DNA from: an uncultured Gemmatimonadales bacterium
Lineage (GTDB): Bacteria > Gemmatimonadota > Gemmatimonadetes > Gemmatimonadales > Gemmatimonadaceae
Assembly (NCBI GenBank): GCA_963707505.1
Contig: CAVPQB010000004.1
Location: forward strand, 1,120,001-1,184,000
Length of the DNA stretch: 64,000 nucleotides
Reading direction: 5' to 3'
The translations under genes and the position numbers were made by a program. The notes beneath the pieces are model-generated. The model had not been told where the DNA came from and did not search any database. It saw only the letters and a program-made list of their open reading frames with translations. Positions 52,719-63,205 of the stretch are shown here, piece by piece; the first letter of the stretch is position 1, and each line of letters starts with the position of its first letter.

Positions 52719-54542
52719 ATGCCCGAAACAGAAACCCTAACCGGCACGACCGAGCACGCTCTTACCGCGCGGGAAAAGCGCGACATGCAACGTGCGCAGC
52801 TGCGGCCGCTTGCCAACCTCCGTCCAGAACTGTACGACGAAGACGACTACTCGAGCGACGAGCTCGAGGCGATGATGGCGATGTACAACGGAACCATGGC
52901 GTCCATCGAGGAAGGCGAGATCGTAAGCGCCAAGGTCCTCGATATCCGAGACAACATGGTGATCCTGGACATCGGCTTCAAGTCAGAGGGAACGATCCCT
53001 CTCGAAGAGTTCAAGGACATGCCCGAGCTCAAGGCGGGCGATTCCGTTGAAGTCCTCCTCGAGCACCTCGAGGACATGGAAGGTTCAGTCGTCCTCTCCA
53101 AGAAGAAGGCCGACTTCATGCGCGTCTGGGAGCGCATCCGCGTCGCGTACGAGAGCGATCAGCCGGTGGCTGGCATTCTCACCAAGAAGATCAAGGGCGG
53201 TGTCGTCGTCGATCTCATGGGTGTGGACGCCTTCCTGCCAGGCTCGCAGATCGCGCTTCGCCGCGTTCCGAACGTGGACGAGCTGCTCGGCCAGACTTTC
53301 GACTTCAAGATCATCAAGCTCAACAAGCGCCGCCGCAACATCGTCGTTTCGCGCCGCGTGATTCTCGAGCAGGAGCGCGCAGGCAAGCGCGAGCGCTTGA
53401 TGAAGGAGCTTCAGAAGGATCAGATCCGCAAGGGCATCGTCAAGAACATCACCGACTTCGGCGCATTCATCGATCTCGGCGGCGTGGACGGACTGCTTCA
53501 CATCACCGACATGTCGTACGGCCGCGTCACGCACCCATCCGAGATGGTGCACATCGGTCAGGAGCTCGAGGTCAAGGTTCTCGACATCGATTGGGAGCGC
53601 GAGCGCATATCGCTCGGCCTCAAGCAGCTCCAGAGCTATCCGTGGCAGGACGTCGCCGACAAGTATCCCGTCGGCACGCGCGTGTCGGGCAAGGTCGTGT
53701 CGATCACCAACTACGGCGCGTTCATCGAGCTGGAGCCGGGCATCGAAGGCCTCGTTCACATCAGCGAGATGAGCTGGACGCGCAACGTTCGTCATCCAAG
53801 CAAGATCGTTTCGATCGGCGAGACCATCGAGGCAGTGGTGCTCAAGGTCGATCCGTCGGAAGAGAAGATCTCGCTCGGTATGAAGCAGACCGAGGAAGAT
53901 CCATGGATGACGCTGCCCCAGCGTTATCCGATCGGCATGCGTCTCACGGGCAAGGTTCGCAACTTGACGAGCTTCGGTGCTTTCGTCGAGATCGAGCCTG
54001 GCATCGACGGTCTGATCCACGTATCCGACATGAGCTGGACGCGTCGCGTACAGCATCCGTCGGAAGTGATCAAGAAGGGTGATACGGTAGACGTGGTGGT
54101 GCTCAACATCGATCCGGAGAACAAGCGCATCTCGCTCGGCCTCAAGCAGGCTGTCGAGGATCCGTGGCTCCGTATCGGCGAGACGTACCCCGTCGGAACC
54201 GAGCTGCGTGGACACGTCGTGCGCCTCATGGACAAGGGCGTCGTCGTGGACATCGGCAACGATATCGAAGGATTCGTTCCGAACAGCCAGCTCAACTTCG
54301 GAAACCCGGTCAACAGTCCGGCAGACATCGTTTACGAAGCGATGAACCTGGACCTGCGTGTTCTCGAAGTCGATCCGATCCATCGCCGCATCGTGCTCGC
54401 GGTCACCGCAATTCCAGAAGAGCAGCCACCGCGTCCGGCAGAGCCGAGCAAGGTGATTCCGATGGAGACCGAGGAGTACAGCGTATCGGATTACGCTGCC
54501 GAGATTCCGGCAGTTCTTCCGGCAACGTACGACGAAGAGTAA
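52719..54542 (+). CDS. rpsA: 30S ribosomal protein S1
   Basis: DIGFKSEG, AFLPGSQ, repeated GAF..DGL.H.S..SW..RISLG.KQ S1 domains. Confidence 0.97.
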   Translation: MPETETLTGTTEHALTAREKRDMQRAQLRPLANLRPELYDEDDYSSDELEAMMAMYNGTMASIEEGEIVSAKVLDIRDNMVILDIGFKSEGTIPLEEFKDMPELKAGDSVEVLLEHLEDMEGSVVLSKKKADFMRVWERIRVAYESDQPVAGILTKKIKGGVVVDLMGVDAFLPGSQIALRRVPNVDELLGQTFDFKIIKLNKRRRNIVVSRRVILEQERAGKRERLMKELQKDQIRKGIVKNITDFGAFIDLGGVDGLLHITDMSYGRVTHPSEMVHIGQELEVKVLDIDWERERISLGLKQLQSYPWQDVADKYPVGTRVSGKVVSITNYGAFIELEPGIEGLVHISEMSWTRNVRHPSKIVSIGETIEAVVLKVDPSEEKISLGMKQTEEDPWMTLPQRYPIGMRLTGKVRNLTSFGAFVEIEPGIDGLIHVSDMSWTRRVQHPSEVIKKGDTVDVVVLNIDPENKRISLGLKQAVEDPWLRIGETYPVGTELRGHVVRLMDKGVVVDIGNDIEGFVPNSQLNFGNPVNSPADIVYEAMNLDLRVLEVDPIHRRIVLAVTAIPEEQPPRPAEPSKVIPMETEEYSVSDYAAEIPAVLPATYDEE

Positions 54543-54545
54543 TTA

Positions 54546-56096
54546 ATGACGATGCGCGATAAGCTCGCGCTTCTGGAGCAACGCCGCGCCGAGTCTGAAC
54601 TCGGTGGCGGCGTTGCTCGCATAGAGGCCCAGCACAGGAAGGGAAAACTCTCCGCACGCGAACGGATCGATCTCCTGCTGGATGAGGGATCGTTCACCGA
54701 GCTCGACCGCTTCGTCGTTCATCGCAGCACCGACTTCGGTCTGGAAGAGCAGAAGTACTACGGCGACGGAGTCATCACGGGCTGGGGCCGAATTGACGGC
54801 CGGCTGGTCTATGTCTTCTCGCAGGACTTCACGGTATTCGGTGGCTCGCTATCGGAATCGTTCGCAGAGAAGATCGTCAAGGTGATGGATCTCGCGATGC
54901 GGAACGGCGCGCCTGTGATCGGGCTCAACGATTCGGGCGGCGCACGCATTCAGGAAGGCGTCGTGTCGCTTGGCGGATACGCGGAAATATTCCTGCGCAA
55001 CACTTTGGCGTCTGGCGTGATCCCGCAGATCTCGGCGATTCTGGGGCCGTGTGCGGGTGGCGCGGTCTACTCGCCTGCGATCACCGACTTCACGTACATG
55101 GTTCGGCACACGTCCTACATGTTCGTAACCGGACCCAACGTCGTCAAGACGGTGACGCACGAAGACGTAACGATGGACGAGCTCGGCGGCGCTGACACGC
55201 ACATGATGAAGTCGGGAGTGTCGCACTTCACGTATGACAGTGAGCCCGAGTGCATCGGTGCGATTCGCGACCTGATGCGGTTCATTCCATCCAATAACAT
55301 CGACGAGCCGCCGCGCGGTGCAGGCACCGATCCACGCGACCGGCGCGACGAAGCTCTGCTCGATATTGTTCCCGACAATGCGAACAAACCGTACGACATG
55401 CACGAGGTGCTGCGCCGCGTCATCGATGACGGCGAGTTCTATGAAGTCCAGCGTGAATTTGCGGAGAACATCATCTGCGGTTTCGCGCACCTCGGCGGGT
55501 TCAGCGTCGGGATCGTTGCGAATCAGCCGGCGATGCTCGCTGGCGTGCTCGATATCAACGCATCAGTCAAGGCCGCACGGTTCATCCGCTTCTGCGACGC
55601 GTTCAACATTCCGATCGTGACGTTCGAGGATGTACCGGGCTTTTTGCCGGGTGTGGGGCAGGAACACGGCGGAATCATCAAGCACGGTGCGAAGCTGTTG
55701 TTCGCGTACTGCGAGGCGACGGTCCCCAAGCTCACGGTCATCACGCGCAAGGCCTATGGCGGCGCGTACGACGTCATGAGCTCCAAGCACATTCGTGGGG
55801 ATTTCAACGTCGCGTGGCCGACCGCCGAAATCGCGGTGATGGGACCCAAGGGCGCCGTCGAGATTCTGTTCCGGAAGGACATCGTCGATAGTCCCGACCC
55901 GGTTGCTGCAACGGATAAGAAGATCGCCGAGTACGTGGAGAAATTCGCGCATCCGTACGTCGCCGCTGGCCGCGGGTACATCGACGACATAATCGATCCG
56001 CGAGATACGAGACCTGCGCTGATCGACGCGCTCGAAAGTTTGCGCGGCAAGCGTGACAAGAATCCGCCGAAGAAGCACGGGAACATACCGCTCTGA
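54546..56096 (+). CDS. pccB: Acyl-CoA (propionyl-CoA-type) carboxylase carboxyltransferase subunit
   Basis: [43 protein letters not shown]. Confidence 0.9.
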   Translation: MTMRDKLALLEQRRAESELGGGVARIEAQHRKGKLSARERIDLLLDEGSFTELDRFVVHRSTDFGLEEQKYYGDGVITGWGRIDGRLVYVFSQDFTVFGGSLSESFAEKIVKVMDLAMRNGAPVIGLNDSGGARIQEGVVSLGGYAEIFLRNTLASGVIPQISAILGPCAGGAVYSPAITDFTYMVRHTSYMFVTGPNVVKTVTHEDVTMDELGGADTHMMKSGVSHFTYDSEPECIGAIRDLMRFIPSNNIDEPPRGAGTDPRDRRDEALLDIVPDNANKPYDMHEVLRRVIDDGEFYEVQREFAENIICGFAHLGGFSVGIVANQPAMLAGVLDINASVKAARFIRFCDAFNIPIVTFEDVPGFLPGVGQEHGGIIKHGAKLLFAYCEATVPKLTVITRKAYGGAYDVMSSKHIRGDFNVAWPTAEIAVMGPKGAVEILFRKDIVDSPDPVAATDKKIAEYVEKFAHPYVAAGRGYIDDIIDPRDTRPALIDALESLRGKRDKNPPKKHGNIPL

Positions 56097-57598
56097 TGTT
56101 CGACTCCGTTCTCATAGCAAACCGTGGCGAGATTGCGCTGCGCGTCATTCGCGGCTGCCGCGAGCTCGGCGTTCGGTCAATTGCGGTGTACAGCGACGCC
56201 GATGCGGGGGCACCGCACGTTCGCGCTGCCGACGCCGCTGTCAACATCGGACCTGCGCCATCATCACAGAGCTATCTGCTCGGTGATCGCATAATCGAAG
56301 CAGCGCTCAGGGAAGGCGCGCAGGCGATTCATCCCGGCTACGGATTCCTGTCCGAGCGCGAGTGGTTTGCGCGCGCGGTGCGCGACGCGGGCCTCGTCTT
56401 CATCGGGCCGCCGGCCGAGGCGATCGCAGCAATGGGGAGCAAGACGGCAGCGCGCACGCTCGCCGTCGCGCACGGTGTTCCTGTGGTGCCTGGCACCACC
56501 GAATCGATCGCCGATGCGGAGCACGCCGCCGAGATAGCATCGAAGTTCGGCTATCCGGTGCTGCTCAAGGCCGCGGCGGGTGGCGGCGGGAAGGGAATGC
56601 GTGTAGTTCGCGAGCCATCGGAAATCTCCGCGTCATTCGATGCTGCGCGACGCGAGGCGAAGAATGCATTCGGTGATGACGCAGTGTATCTCGAGAAGTA
56701 CATCGAGGGGCCGCGCCACGTCGAGATCCAGATCATCGGCGACATGCATGGGAACATGGTTCATCTCGGCGAGCGCGAATGCTCGGTGCAGCGTCGTCAT
56801 CAGAAGATGATCGAGGAAGCACCGAGCGTTGCGGTGACTCCGGAACTCCGCGCCGAGATGGGCGCGACTGCGGTGCGTGCTGCGCGCGCCGCTGGTTACG
56901 TGAATGCCGGGACCTGCGAGTTCCTGCTCGCACGCGACGGGAGCTACTACTTCCTCGAGATGAACACGCGACTGCAGGTCGAGCATCCTGTCACCGAGCT
57001 GGTGACTGGAATCGACCTCGTTCACTGGCAGTTACGCGTTGCATCCGGACAGCCGCTTGGCTTCGCGCAGGACGACATCTCCCCGAACGGCTGGGCGATG
57101 GAATGCCGCATAACCAGTGAAGACCCGGCCAATGACTTTCTGCCATCGACGGGGCGCATCTCGTACCTGCACCTGCCCTCCGGGCCGGGCGTCCGCTGGG
57201 ATGGCGGAATCGAAATCGGTAGTGAGGTGTCACTGCACTACGATCCGATGCTCGCGAAGTTGATAGTCCACGCGCCGAATCGTGAGTTGGCTGTCCAGCG
57301 GATGCATCGCGCCTTATCAGAGCTTGTAATCGGCGGTGTGGAAACGTCGCGTGAATTCCACCTGCGTGTGATGGAAGATTCGGAGTTTCGCGCCGGTGCA
57401 ATCGAGATCCAGTGGCTTGAGCGTCGCCTTGCCTCACTCACCACCGACGCAGGCACCGAAGATGGCGCGATGCTCGCCGCACTGGCGGGTGCGTTGCTCG
57501 CGGAATCCGAGTCGGGTGCTCGTGCTGCTGCGCCGTCGCAGCGGGAGAGTCCCGTGTCCGCGTGGCAACGCGCCGCGCGCCTGGAATCGATCGGTTAG
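56096..57598 (+). CDS. Biotin carboxylase subunit
   Basis: IANRGEIA, HPGYGFLSE, GGGGKGMR, RECSVQRRHQK, EMNTRLQVEH, YDPMLAK. Confidence 0.94.
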   Translation: MFDSVLIANRGEIALRVIRGCRELGVRSIAVYSDADAGAPHVRAADAAVNIGPAPSSQSYLLGDRIIEAALREGAQAIHPGYGFLSEREWFARAVRDAGLVFIGPPAEAIAAMGSKTAARTLAVAHGVPVVPGTTESIADAEHAAEIASKFGYPVLLKAAAGGGGKGMRVVREPSEISASFDAARREAKNAFGDDAVYLEKYIEGPRHVEIQIIGDMHGNMVHLGERECSVQRRHQKMIEEAPSVAVTPELRAEMGATAVRAARAAGYVNAGTCEFLLARDGSYYFLEMNTRLQVEHPVTELVTGIDLVHWQLRVASGQPLGFAQDDISPNGWAMECRITSEDPANDFLPSTGRISYLHLPSGPGVRWDGGIEIGSEVSLHYDPMLAKLIVHAPNRELAVQRMHRALSELVIGGVETSREFHLRVMEDSEFRAGAIEIQWLERRLASLTTDAGTEDGAMLAALAGALLAESESGARAAAPSQRESPVSAWQRAARLESIG

Positions 57599-58845
57599 TG
57601 TCGCGCACGGTAAGCCTGACGATCGACACGATCGCGGCCGGCGGTGACGGTGTGGCGCGCAATGAGGGACTTGTCGTATTCGTTCCGCGCTCCGCTCCTG
57701 GCGACGTGATAACCGCGAGTGTGTCCGGCAAGGGTCACTTCGCGCGTGGCTCTCTGCGTACGATCCTGCGCCCGTCTCCCGTACGGATCGAGCCGCCATG
57801 TCCGCACTACACGCGCGAGCGATGCGGCGGTTGTCAGATCCAGCACATTCAGTACTCCGCGCAGCTCGACGCGAAGCAGCGCATCATCGTCGATGCGATG
57901 AGCCGGATCGGCAAGCGTGATATCACGCCACCCGAGGTCGTAAGGAGCACCCCAGAGTGGCGCTATCGAACCAAGCTAACGCTTGCCATGAGGCGCCGTT
58001 CGGGTGGATGGATCGCCGGGCTGCATCCATATGACGATCCCGGCCACGTGTTCCCGCTATCGGATTGTCCGATAACCGACCGGCGCGTAGTGGCTGCGTG
58101 GCGTGAGCTACTCGACGCGTCGGAATTCTTCCCCGAAGCAACGTCGCTGCGCGGGAGTGTGCGCTGGACCGACGATGGTCCGACATTCGTACTGATCGGT
58201 GCCACGCGATGGAGCGATCATGCAAGGTTGTTCGAGGCGGTTCCAACACTCGCGGCGTTATACTGGGAGCCGGAAGGTGCCCCGCGAAAACTGCTCGGCG
58301 ACCGCCGCGCTCGCGCGACGCCGGCAGCTTCATTCTCGCAGGTCAACCCCGTCGTCGCTGCAGTGTTGCGCGAACACGTGCTTGGCGCGGTGAGGTCTTT
58401 CAACCCGGCGAGCGTGATCGACGCGTACTCGGGCTCAGGCGATCTCGCGGTGAATCTGGCAACTACCGGAATCTCAGTAGTTGCAATCGAGCTCGATCGT
58501 GATGCCGCACTATGGGCCGAGGAACGGCTCGCGCCGCCATCGCGCTCGATCGTTGGCCGCGTCGAAGAAGTTCTGCCGCGGCTTGCTCCGGCTGACGTCG
58601 TGGTAGTGAATCCTCCGCGAAGCGGTCTGCACGCCGATGTCACCGAAGCGCTCGCCGAGATGACGGGTATACGTGCGATCATCTACGTCAGCTGTGATCC
58701 GGCAACACTCGCACGAGATGTTGCGCGCCTGTCCGGTTATTCGATTCAATCAATCAGAGCATTCGATATGTTCCCACAAACGTCCCACGTCGAGACGGTT
58801 TGCATGCTGACACCGGCACATTCGACCGGCCCCGCAGCATCATGA
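57598..58845 (+). CDS. RlmD/TrmA family RNA m5U methyltransferase
   Basis: TRAM domain, CPHY..CGGCQ Fe-S motif, FSQVN, NPPRSG, YVSCDPATLARD, DMFPQTSHVE. Confidence 0.9.
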   Translation: MSRTVSLTIDTIAAGGDGVARNEGLVVFVPRSAPGDVITASVSGKGHFARGSLRTILRPSPVRIEPPCPHYTRERCGGCQIQHIQYSAQLDAKQRIIVDAMSRIGKRDITPPEVVRSTPEWRYRTKLTLAMRRRSGGWIAGLHPYDDPGHVFPLSDCPITDRRVVAAWRELLDASEFFPEATSLRGSVRWTDDGPTFVLIGATRWSDHARLFEAVPTLAALYWEPEGAPRKLLGDRRARATPAASFSQVNPVVAAVLREHVLGAVRSFNPASVIDAYSGSGDLAVNLATTGISVVAIELDRDAALWAEERLAPPSRSIVGRVEEVLPRLAPADVVVVNPPRSGLHADVTEALAEMTGIRAIIYVSCDPATLARDVARLSGYSIQSIRAFDMFPQTSHVETVCMLTPAHSTGPAAS

Positions 58846-59342
58846 AGTTTCTCGTAGATGTGAACGGCACTCGGCATCCTGTAATCACTGACAAGGACGC
58901 CGCGAACGTCGACGGCGCGAGCGAAGTGGCGACCCTCGATGCTCCGAACGGTACGCCCGCCCGAACGCTCCGTATCGGAGACCGTGTTGTGCGAGTCGTA
59001 GTGCACGCTCGGGAAGGCAAGGGTCGCTACGTGCTGGATATCGGTGGTCACCGTTACCGCGTCGAAGCACTGGGCGAGCGCGCACGTGCTATCCAGGAGC
59101 TGGCCGCGCGCTCGGCGCCACCGGCGGGGCCTGCTCCCGTGATCGCGCCCATGCCGGGTCTCGTGGTGCGAGTGAACGTCTCCGTCGGTGACGCAGTTAC
59201 AGCGGGGCAGGGCGTGCTCGTCATGGAAGCGATGAAGATGGAAAACGAGCTGCGAGCGTCTTCGGCCGCTACCGTGAAATCAGTTCGCGTGGCGCAGGGA
59301 ACCGCGGTAGAGAAGGGAACGGTGTTGATCGAGCTGGAGTGA
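58842..59342 (+). CDS. Biotin carboxyl carrier protein
   Basis: APMPG..EAMKMENE biotinylation motif. Confidence 0.93.
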   Translation: MKFLVDVNGTRHPVITDKDAANVDGASEVATLDAPNGTPARTLRIGDRVVRVVVHAREGKGRYVLDIGGHRYRVEALGERARAIQELAARSAPPAGPAPVIAPMPGLVVRVNVSVGDAVTAGQGVLVMEAMKMENELRASSAATVKSVRVAQGTAVEKGTVLIELE

Positions 59343-59350
59343 TATCACGG

Positions 59351-60184
59351 TTATCTCGTCCATATATAGATCACACCGCATTCCGAGTCGCTGAGACTTG
59401 CAGGCGTCTCCGCGCCATCCTTGTAGATCTCGATTGCGGCAATGTCTCTTGGTGAAACCGCATCGAACCCTCCGGTTGCGGCTGCGGTGTTTGAAGGTGA
59501 CCCGTCGGGAGTCGCACTGCTCAACGCACTGCTCATTATTGCGCCGTCCACCACGACAACCATCCCGCTCGTGCATGCGTTCCCGTTGATGGTCTGTACA
59601 CCACGCCCACTGCGTACGACCGGCGTCCTGGCGAAGGTCTCCACCGATACGCCAGCGACGTGACGGAAAATGTCGGCGGTGGTTCGCGGATGAAAGCTCT
59701 CGATCTGCGCTGCGGTCAGATATGTTCCAATTCCGGTGCGCATGCGGTCGGCAACGCCCGGCGGTAAATGCACCAGTTCTCCGCTTACGGCCTGCACCGT
59801 TACCCGCGACAGTGTTATCGGAAACGGTTCGACGACAGCGTCCACCGAGATCGTTGCATCGGGCTCGACAACCACGGACACAGTGGTTGGCATGATGCCA
59901 ATCCTGCGAAATCGGATAAGATGGGGGCCGGCAGGCAGGCTGTCGAGACGAAACGATCCGCCGGCACCGCTTCGCGTGTTAAGCTGCGTATTGTCGAGTG
60001 AAACAATCTCGACTCCGCGCAGCCACGATCCGCTCGTGTCGCGCACGCTTCCATCAATCGCGCCGTACGCTGTAGCTACGCGAGCGGCGCGAGCTGCATT
60101 CGCCTGCGCCGAGACGGTGGCGCGCGACGCAACCAGGGCCGTGGCGCCAATTACTACACCGGTAAAAACCATGCGCGTCCGCAT
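59351..60184 (-). CDS. Secreted carboxypeptidase-regulatory-like + TonB-plug-like protein, no barrel
   Basis: Signal peptide; Ig-like FRRIG module; ends VVDG..IAAIEIY..CGVIYIWTR. Confidence 0.7.
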   Translation of the reverse strand: MRTRMVFTGVVIGATALVASRATVSAQANAARAARVATAYGAIDGSVRDTSGSWLRGVEIVSLDNTQLNTRSGAGGSFRLDSLPAGPHLIRFRRIGIMPTTVSVVVEPDATISVDAVVEPFPITLSRVTVQAVSGELVHLPPGVADRMRTGIGTYLTAAQIESFHPRTTADIFRHVAGVSVETFARTPVVRSGRGVQTINGNACTSGMVVVVDGAIMSSALSSATPDGSPSNTAAATGGFDAVSPRDIAAIEIYKDGAETPASLSDSECGVIYIWTR

Positions 60185-60307
60185 TGCAGGCAAACTCCGT
60201 CGGTGGAATCAAAGGTCGCGCCCGTCGCGGCTCGTGCAGATAATATACGGCAACAAATAAATGCCGGCCGTGGCGACCACCGGCCAGCATTCGTACGTAC
60301 GATTCCG

Positions 60308-61549
60308 CTATGGACTACCTGTCGTTATCGCCGTGCCATACTTGGTATTGATCGCTGCTACGAGCGCCGATGTAATCTGACGGTTCGCGACAACGGTCGG
60401 ATGGATTCCATCCAGCGAGATGCACGCACCGAACGGCGCGGTCGCATTCGCCAGATCCGGAACAATGTTGATGCAGCCGGTGCCGGGCGTCTTGAGCGTT
60501 GCCAACAACGGATTGGGGTCGTAGTACGCCCAGCCGTTCGCCGCTGCGGCAGCCTGAATCGTTGCGTTGTAACCGGCAACCGTCGCCGCGAGACTCGCCT
60601 GCTCGGTGCTATCAAGGATGAAGATGTCGCCAACCAGCGTTCCGGGAACGGAATTCTTCGCGCACCCGATGACCGGCGGATGGGCTCCGGAACGTATTTG
60701 CGCCAGAATCGATATTGAGACGAGCGCCTGGTTTCCCGGTGCGCTCAGGCAATTGGGAAGAATTATCGTCGTCGCGCCGGCGAACTGATCGAATCCGGCC
60801 TTGAACGCAGGATTCTGCAGCGCTGCAACAGGAAAGAGCGCGGGAACTCCGGCCACGTTGAGCACGCCGATCAGAATCGCACCTTTCACGGTGGGAATCG
60901 CCGTAAGGCCGTTCACCATCGTCGTGTAGTTGGCTTTGAATGCGGCCTGTGAGGTGACGCCCGCCGAGACCCCTGCCGTCGGCACGAGTATGCCTGAGAC
61001 TGCCGCGCCAAGCACGTCGTTGTTTCCGATCCATGCGGAGATGAAAGTCGGATTGGCATCAGCGGCCTTTGCGACCTGCGTCTTTCCGCCGAGGAACAGT
61101 GTGGTCAGTGTGTTGGACGCCGACGTGCTGACGCTGAACGGATCGAGCGACGTCGCACCGGGAACCGCGACGTTGTTGAGTGCAACAGCGGTGTTCGGGT
61201 TGCGCAGAGAGCATGTAGTTGCCGTACCGTTGGCCAGTCTCGCTTGCGTCTGAAAGTTGACGATTGGCGGTGGACATCCGGCGCCCGCAAGCGACGCGTA
61301 CACGTAGCGCGTCTTCATGGCCTGTGCGAGCAGCGAGGCATAACTGAGCTGCTGGGTGCTGTCGTCGATACCGCCGGACTGGTAACCGGCCGTCAGGCTG
61401 TTTCCCAGCGCAACGTAACTGGTGAACAGTGAGTTCGCGGCAACGTTCGGCGGAATTACTGCCGTTGGCCCGTTGTCGGCGCACGCTACGGCGAGCGCGA
61501 GCAGGACGGCGCTCGCAACCGCGCCGATTGTATTCCTTGAGCGAATCAT
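60308..61549 (-). CDS. SGNH/GDSL hydrolase lipoprotein
   Basis: Lipobox VAC; ALGNSLTAG block I, IGNND block III, SLDGIHP block V. Confidence 0.85.
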   Translation of the reverse strand: MIRSRNTIGAVASAVLLALAVACADNGPTAVIPPNVAANSLFTSYVALGNSLTAGYQSGGIDDSTQQLSYASLLAQAMKTRYVYASLAGAGCPPPIVNFQTQARLANGTATTCSLRNPNTAVALNNVAVPGATSLDPFSVSTSASNTLTTLFLGGKTQVAKAADANPTFISAWIGNNDVLGAAVSGILVPTAGVSAGVTSQAAFKANYTTMVNGLTAIPTVKGAILIGVLNVAGVPALFPVAALQNPAFKAGFDQFAGATTIILPNCLSAPGNQALVSISILAQIRSGAHPPVIGCAKNSVPGTLVGDIFILDSTEQASLAATVAGYNATIQAAAAANGWAYYDPNPLLATLKTPGTGCINIVPDLANATAPFGACISLDGIHPTVVANRQITSALVAAINTKYGTAITTGSP

Positions 61550-61563
61550 GGGACTCTGCGCGG

Positions 61564-62973
61564 TTAGAAGGTGATGTTGAGTGCGGCCGAGATGACGTCG
61601 GCCTTGAGCGAGTACGTGCCGGTGCTGTTCGCCTGAATTGGGAGCGTCAAGGTCGTGCCTGGAGGCAGAATTGAATGTTCCGCGATCCGGCCGCGCCGTC
61701 CCGGCGTGTTCACGTGCAAATATCCAATGTCGAGCTTGTACATACTTGTGAGAGGAATTGCGACGCCCGCAGAGAAGTTGCGCCGGTTCATGTCCGGCAG
61801 CAGCGGCGTGACAGTCTCGTCGGGTGCCGGCGTCTCGGAATAGCTGTAGCCCACGCGTCCGGTCCAGGACCCGAGCATGTGCTCAGCGCCGAAGCGGTAG
61901 CTCCACGAATCCTTGTAGCCTTCAAAAAGAGTTCTGCTGCTGGCGCTTGCTGGTCCGTTGAACGTTATCGGTAGAGTGTTGAAAGCGGACCACCCGAGCC
62001 GTGCGACATCGACCGAGAGTGTCGTTCGTGAGAATCCGGTGTAGCCGACGCCGCCCTGCAGTTGCCATGGATGCTTGATCGTCGACGACGCGCTCTGGCT
62101 GACGAGGGGGCCGCCCGGCGAGAATTGCGCGCCGAGCAACGCGTCGAGCGGAACGGGCGTACCGGTGGGACTCACGGGGTTCCCCTGTGGCAGGACGAGT
62201 CCCGTCGCGGTCTGGGAGAACCTCGCCGACGCGTGGTCGTAATTGAACGTCAGTGCCGAGAGATAGCGTGCGCCGATCGACCATGGGCCATACTTGCCGT
62301 GCACGCCGACGTTGTAGCCCAAGGCCGTGGCGGTTCCGTGAACCTGTGCGCGCGCGAACTCGGTCTCGTATGCGATGCCGAGTTGGTTGAAGGTGATGCC
62401 CGGCGCGGCCTGTTGTTGTGAGAGGTCGATCGCCTGGGTAAGGTCGACGCTGGAATGTCCGAACACCGGTCCGCCGCCGACAGACCAGTTCGGTGTTACC
62501 TGATAGGCGAAATTGGGCTGGATGTATATCGTCTGGAGTGCTGCGCGAAGTGCCGAGAAACGTCCCGGAAAATCGTCGTTCCACTGGGATGTCAGTCCGT
62601 ACGGTACGTACACCCCGAGCCCGACCGATCCCTTCCCGAAGCGCATTGCTGCGAATCCAACTGGCGGGAGAGCGGGACTGATATCGCTCGGGTAGCTCCG
62701 TCCGGTGCTGTCCTGACGAAAGGAGCCTTTCACTATTATCGCGCTTGCACCGATGCTGATCGATTTTCCGGGGAGCTCAGCGGCGGCAGCCGGGTTCCAG
62801 AAGATCGTGGAGGCGTCTTGGCATGGGGTGCCGGTCGCGGCGAATCCGCGGGAAACCGAGCAGGTTCCAACCTCGTTGAGGCCGAAGCCCTGGGCCTGGG
62901 CCGACGCGGGGGGTAACGTCACGGTGGCTAGCAGGCAGGCTGCTAGCCGAGCCAACGACGGGGAGGTTCGCAT
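61564..62973 (-). CDS. OmpP1/FadL family outer-membrane transporter
   Basis: AQGFGLNE..DASTIFWNPA hatch, VPYGL, PLLPD, terminal Phe. Confidence 0.88.
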   Translation of the reverse strand: MRTSPSLARLAACLLATVTLPPASAQAQGFGLNEVGTCSVSRGFAATGTPCQDASTIFWNPAAAAELPGKSISIGASAIIVKGSFRQDSTGRSYPSDISPALPPVGFAAMRFGKGSVGLGVYVPYGLTSQWNDDFPGRFSALRAALQTIYIQPNFAYQVTPNWSVGGGPVFGHSSVDLTQAIDLSQQQAAPGITFNQLGIAYETEFARAQVHGTATALGYNVGVHGKYGPWSIGARYLSALTFNYDHASARFSQTATGLVLPQGNPVSPTGTPVPLDALLGAQFSPGGPLVSQSASSTIKHPWQLQGGVGYTGFSRTTLSVDVARLGWSAFNTLPITFNGPASASSRTLFEGYKDSWSYRFGAEHMLGSWTGRVGYSYSETPAPDETVTPLLPDMNRRNFSAGVAIPLTSMYKLDIGYLHVNTPGRRGRIAEHSILPPGTTLTLPIQANSTGTYSLKADVISAALNITF

Positions 62974-63138
62974 TCGCTGTACCGTTTAGGTCGTCATCCC
63001 GGGGACCCAGACCGGTCGGTCGGGGACAGTTGTTCCGGGGGCGAGAGCACTTTACATCCGCTGCACGCGGCGCGCCAGCACAAATTTGCCGGGAATCTTG
63101 CGACGAGTCGTCGATATCGCCGCTGCGGTGCGGGGCGA

Positions 63139-63167
63139 TTGACTAAAGCCAGTGGGGTTGGTAACTT
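63139..63167 (+). promoter_or_regulatory. Sigma70-type promoter for rplM-rpsI
   Basis: TTGACT-N17-TAACTT with TG extension. Confidence 0.7.
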
Positions 63168-63205
63168 AGAAGGCTGTCGCATTTCGTAATCGATTACCTC
63201 CCCAA

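Noticed and set aside
53440..54150. Internal direct repeats in rpsA
   Set aside because: These are the normal S1 domain repeats, not a CRISPR or mobile repeat
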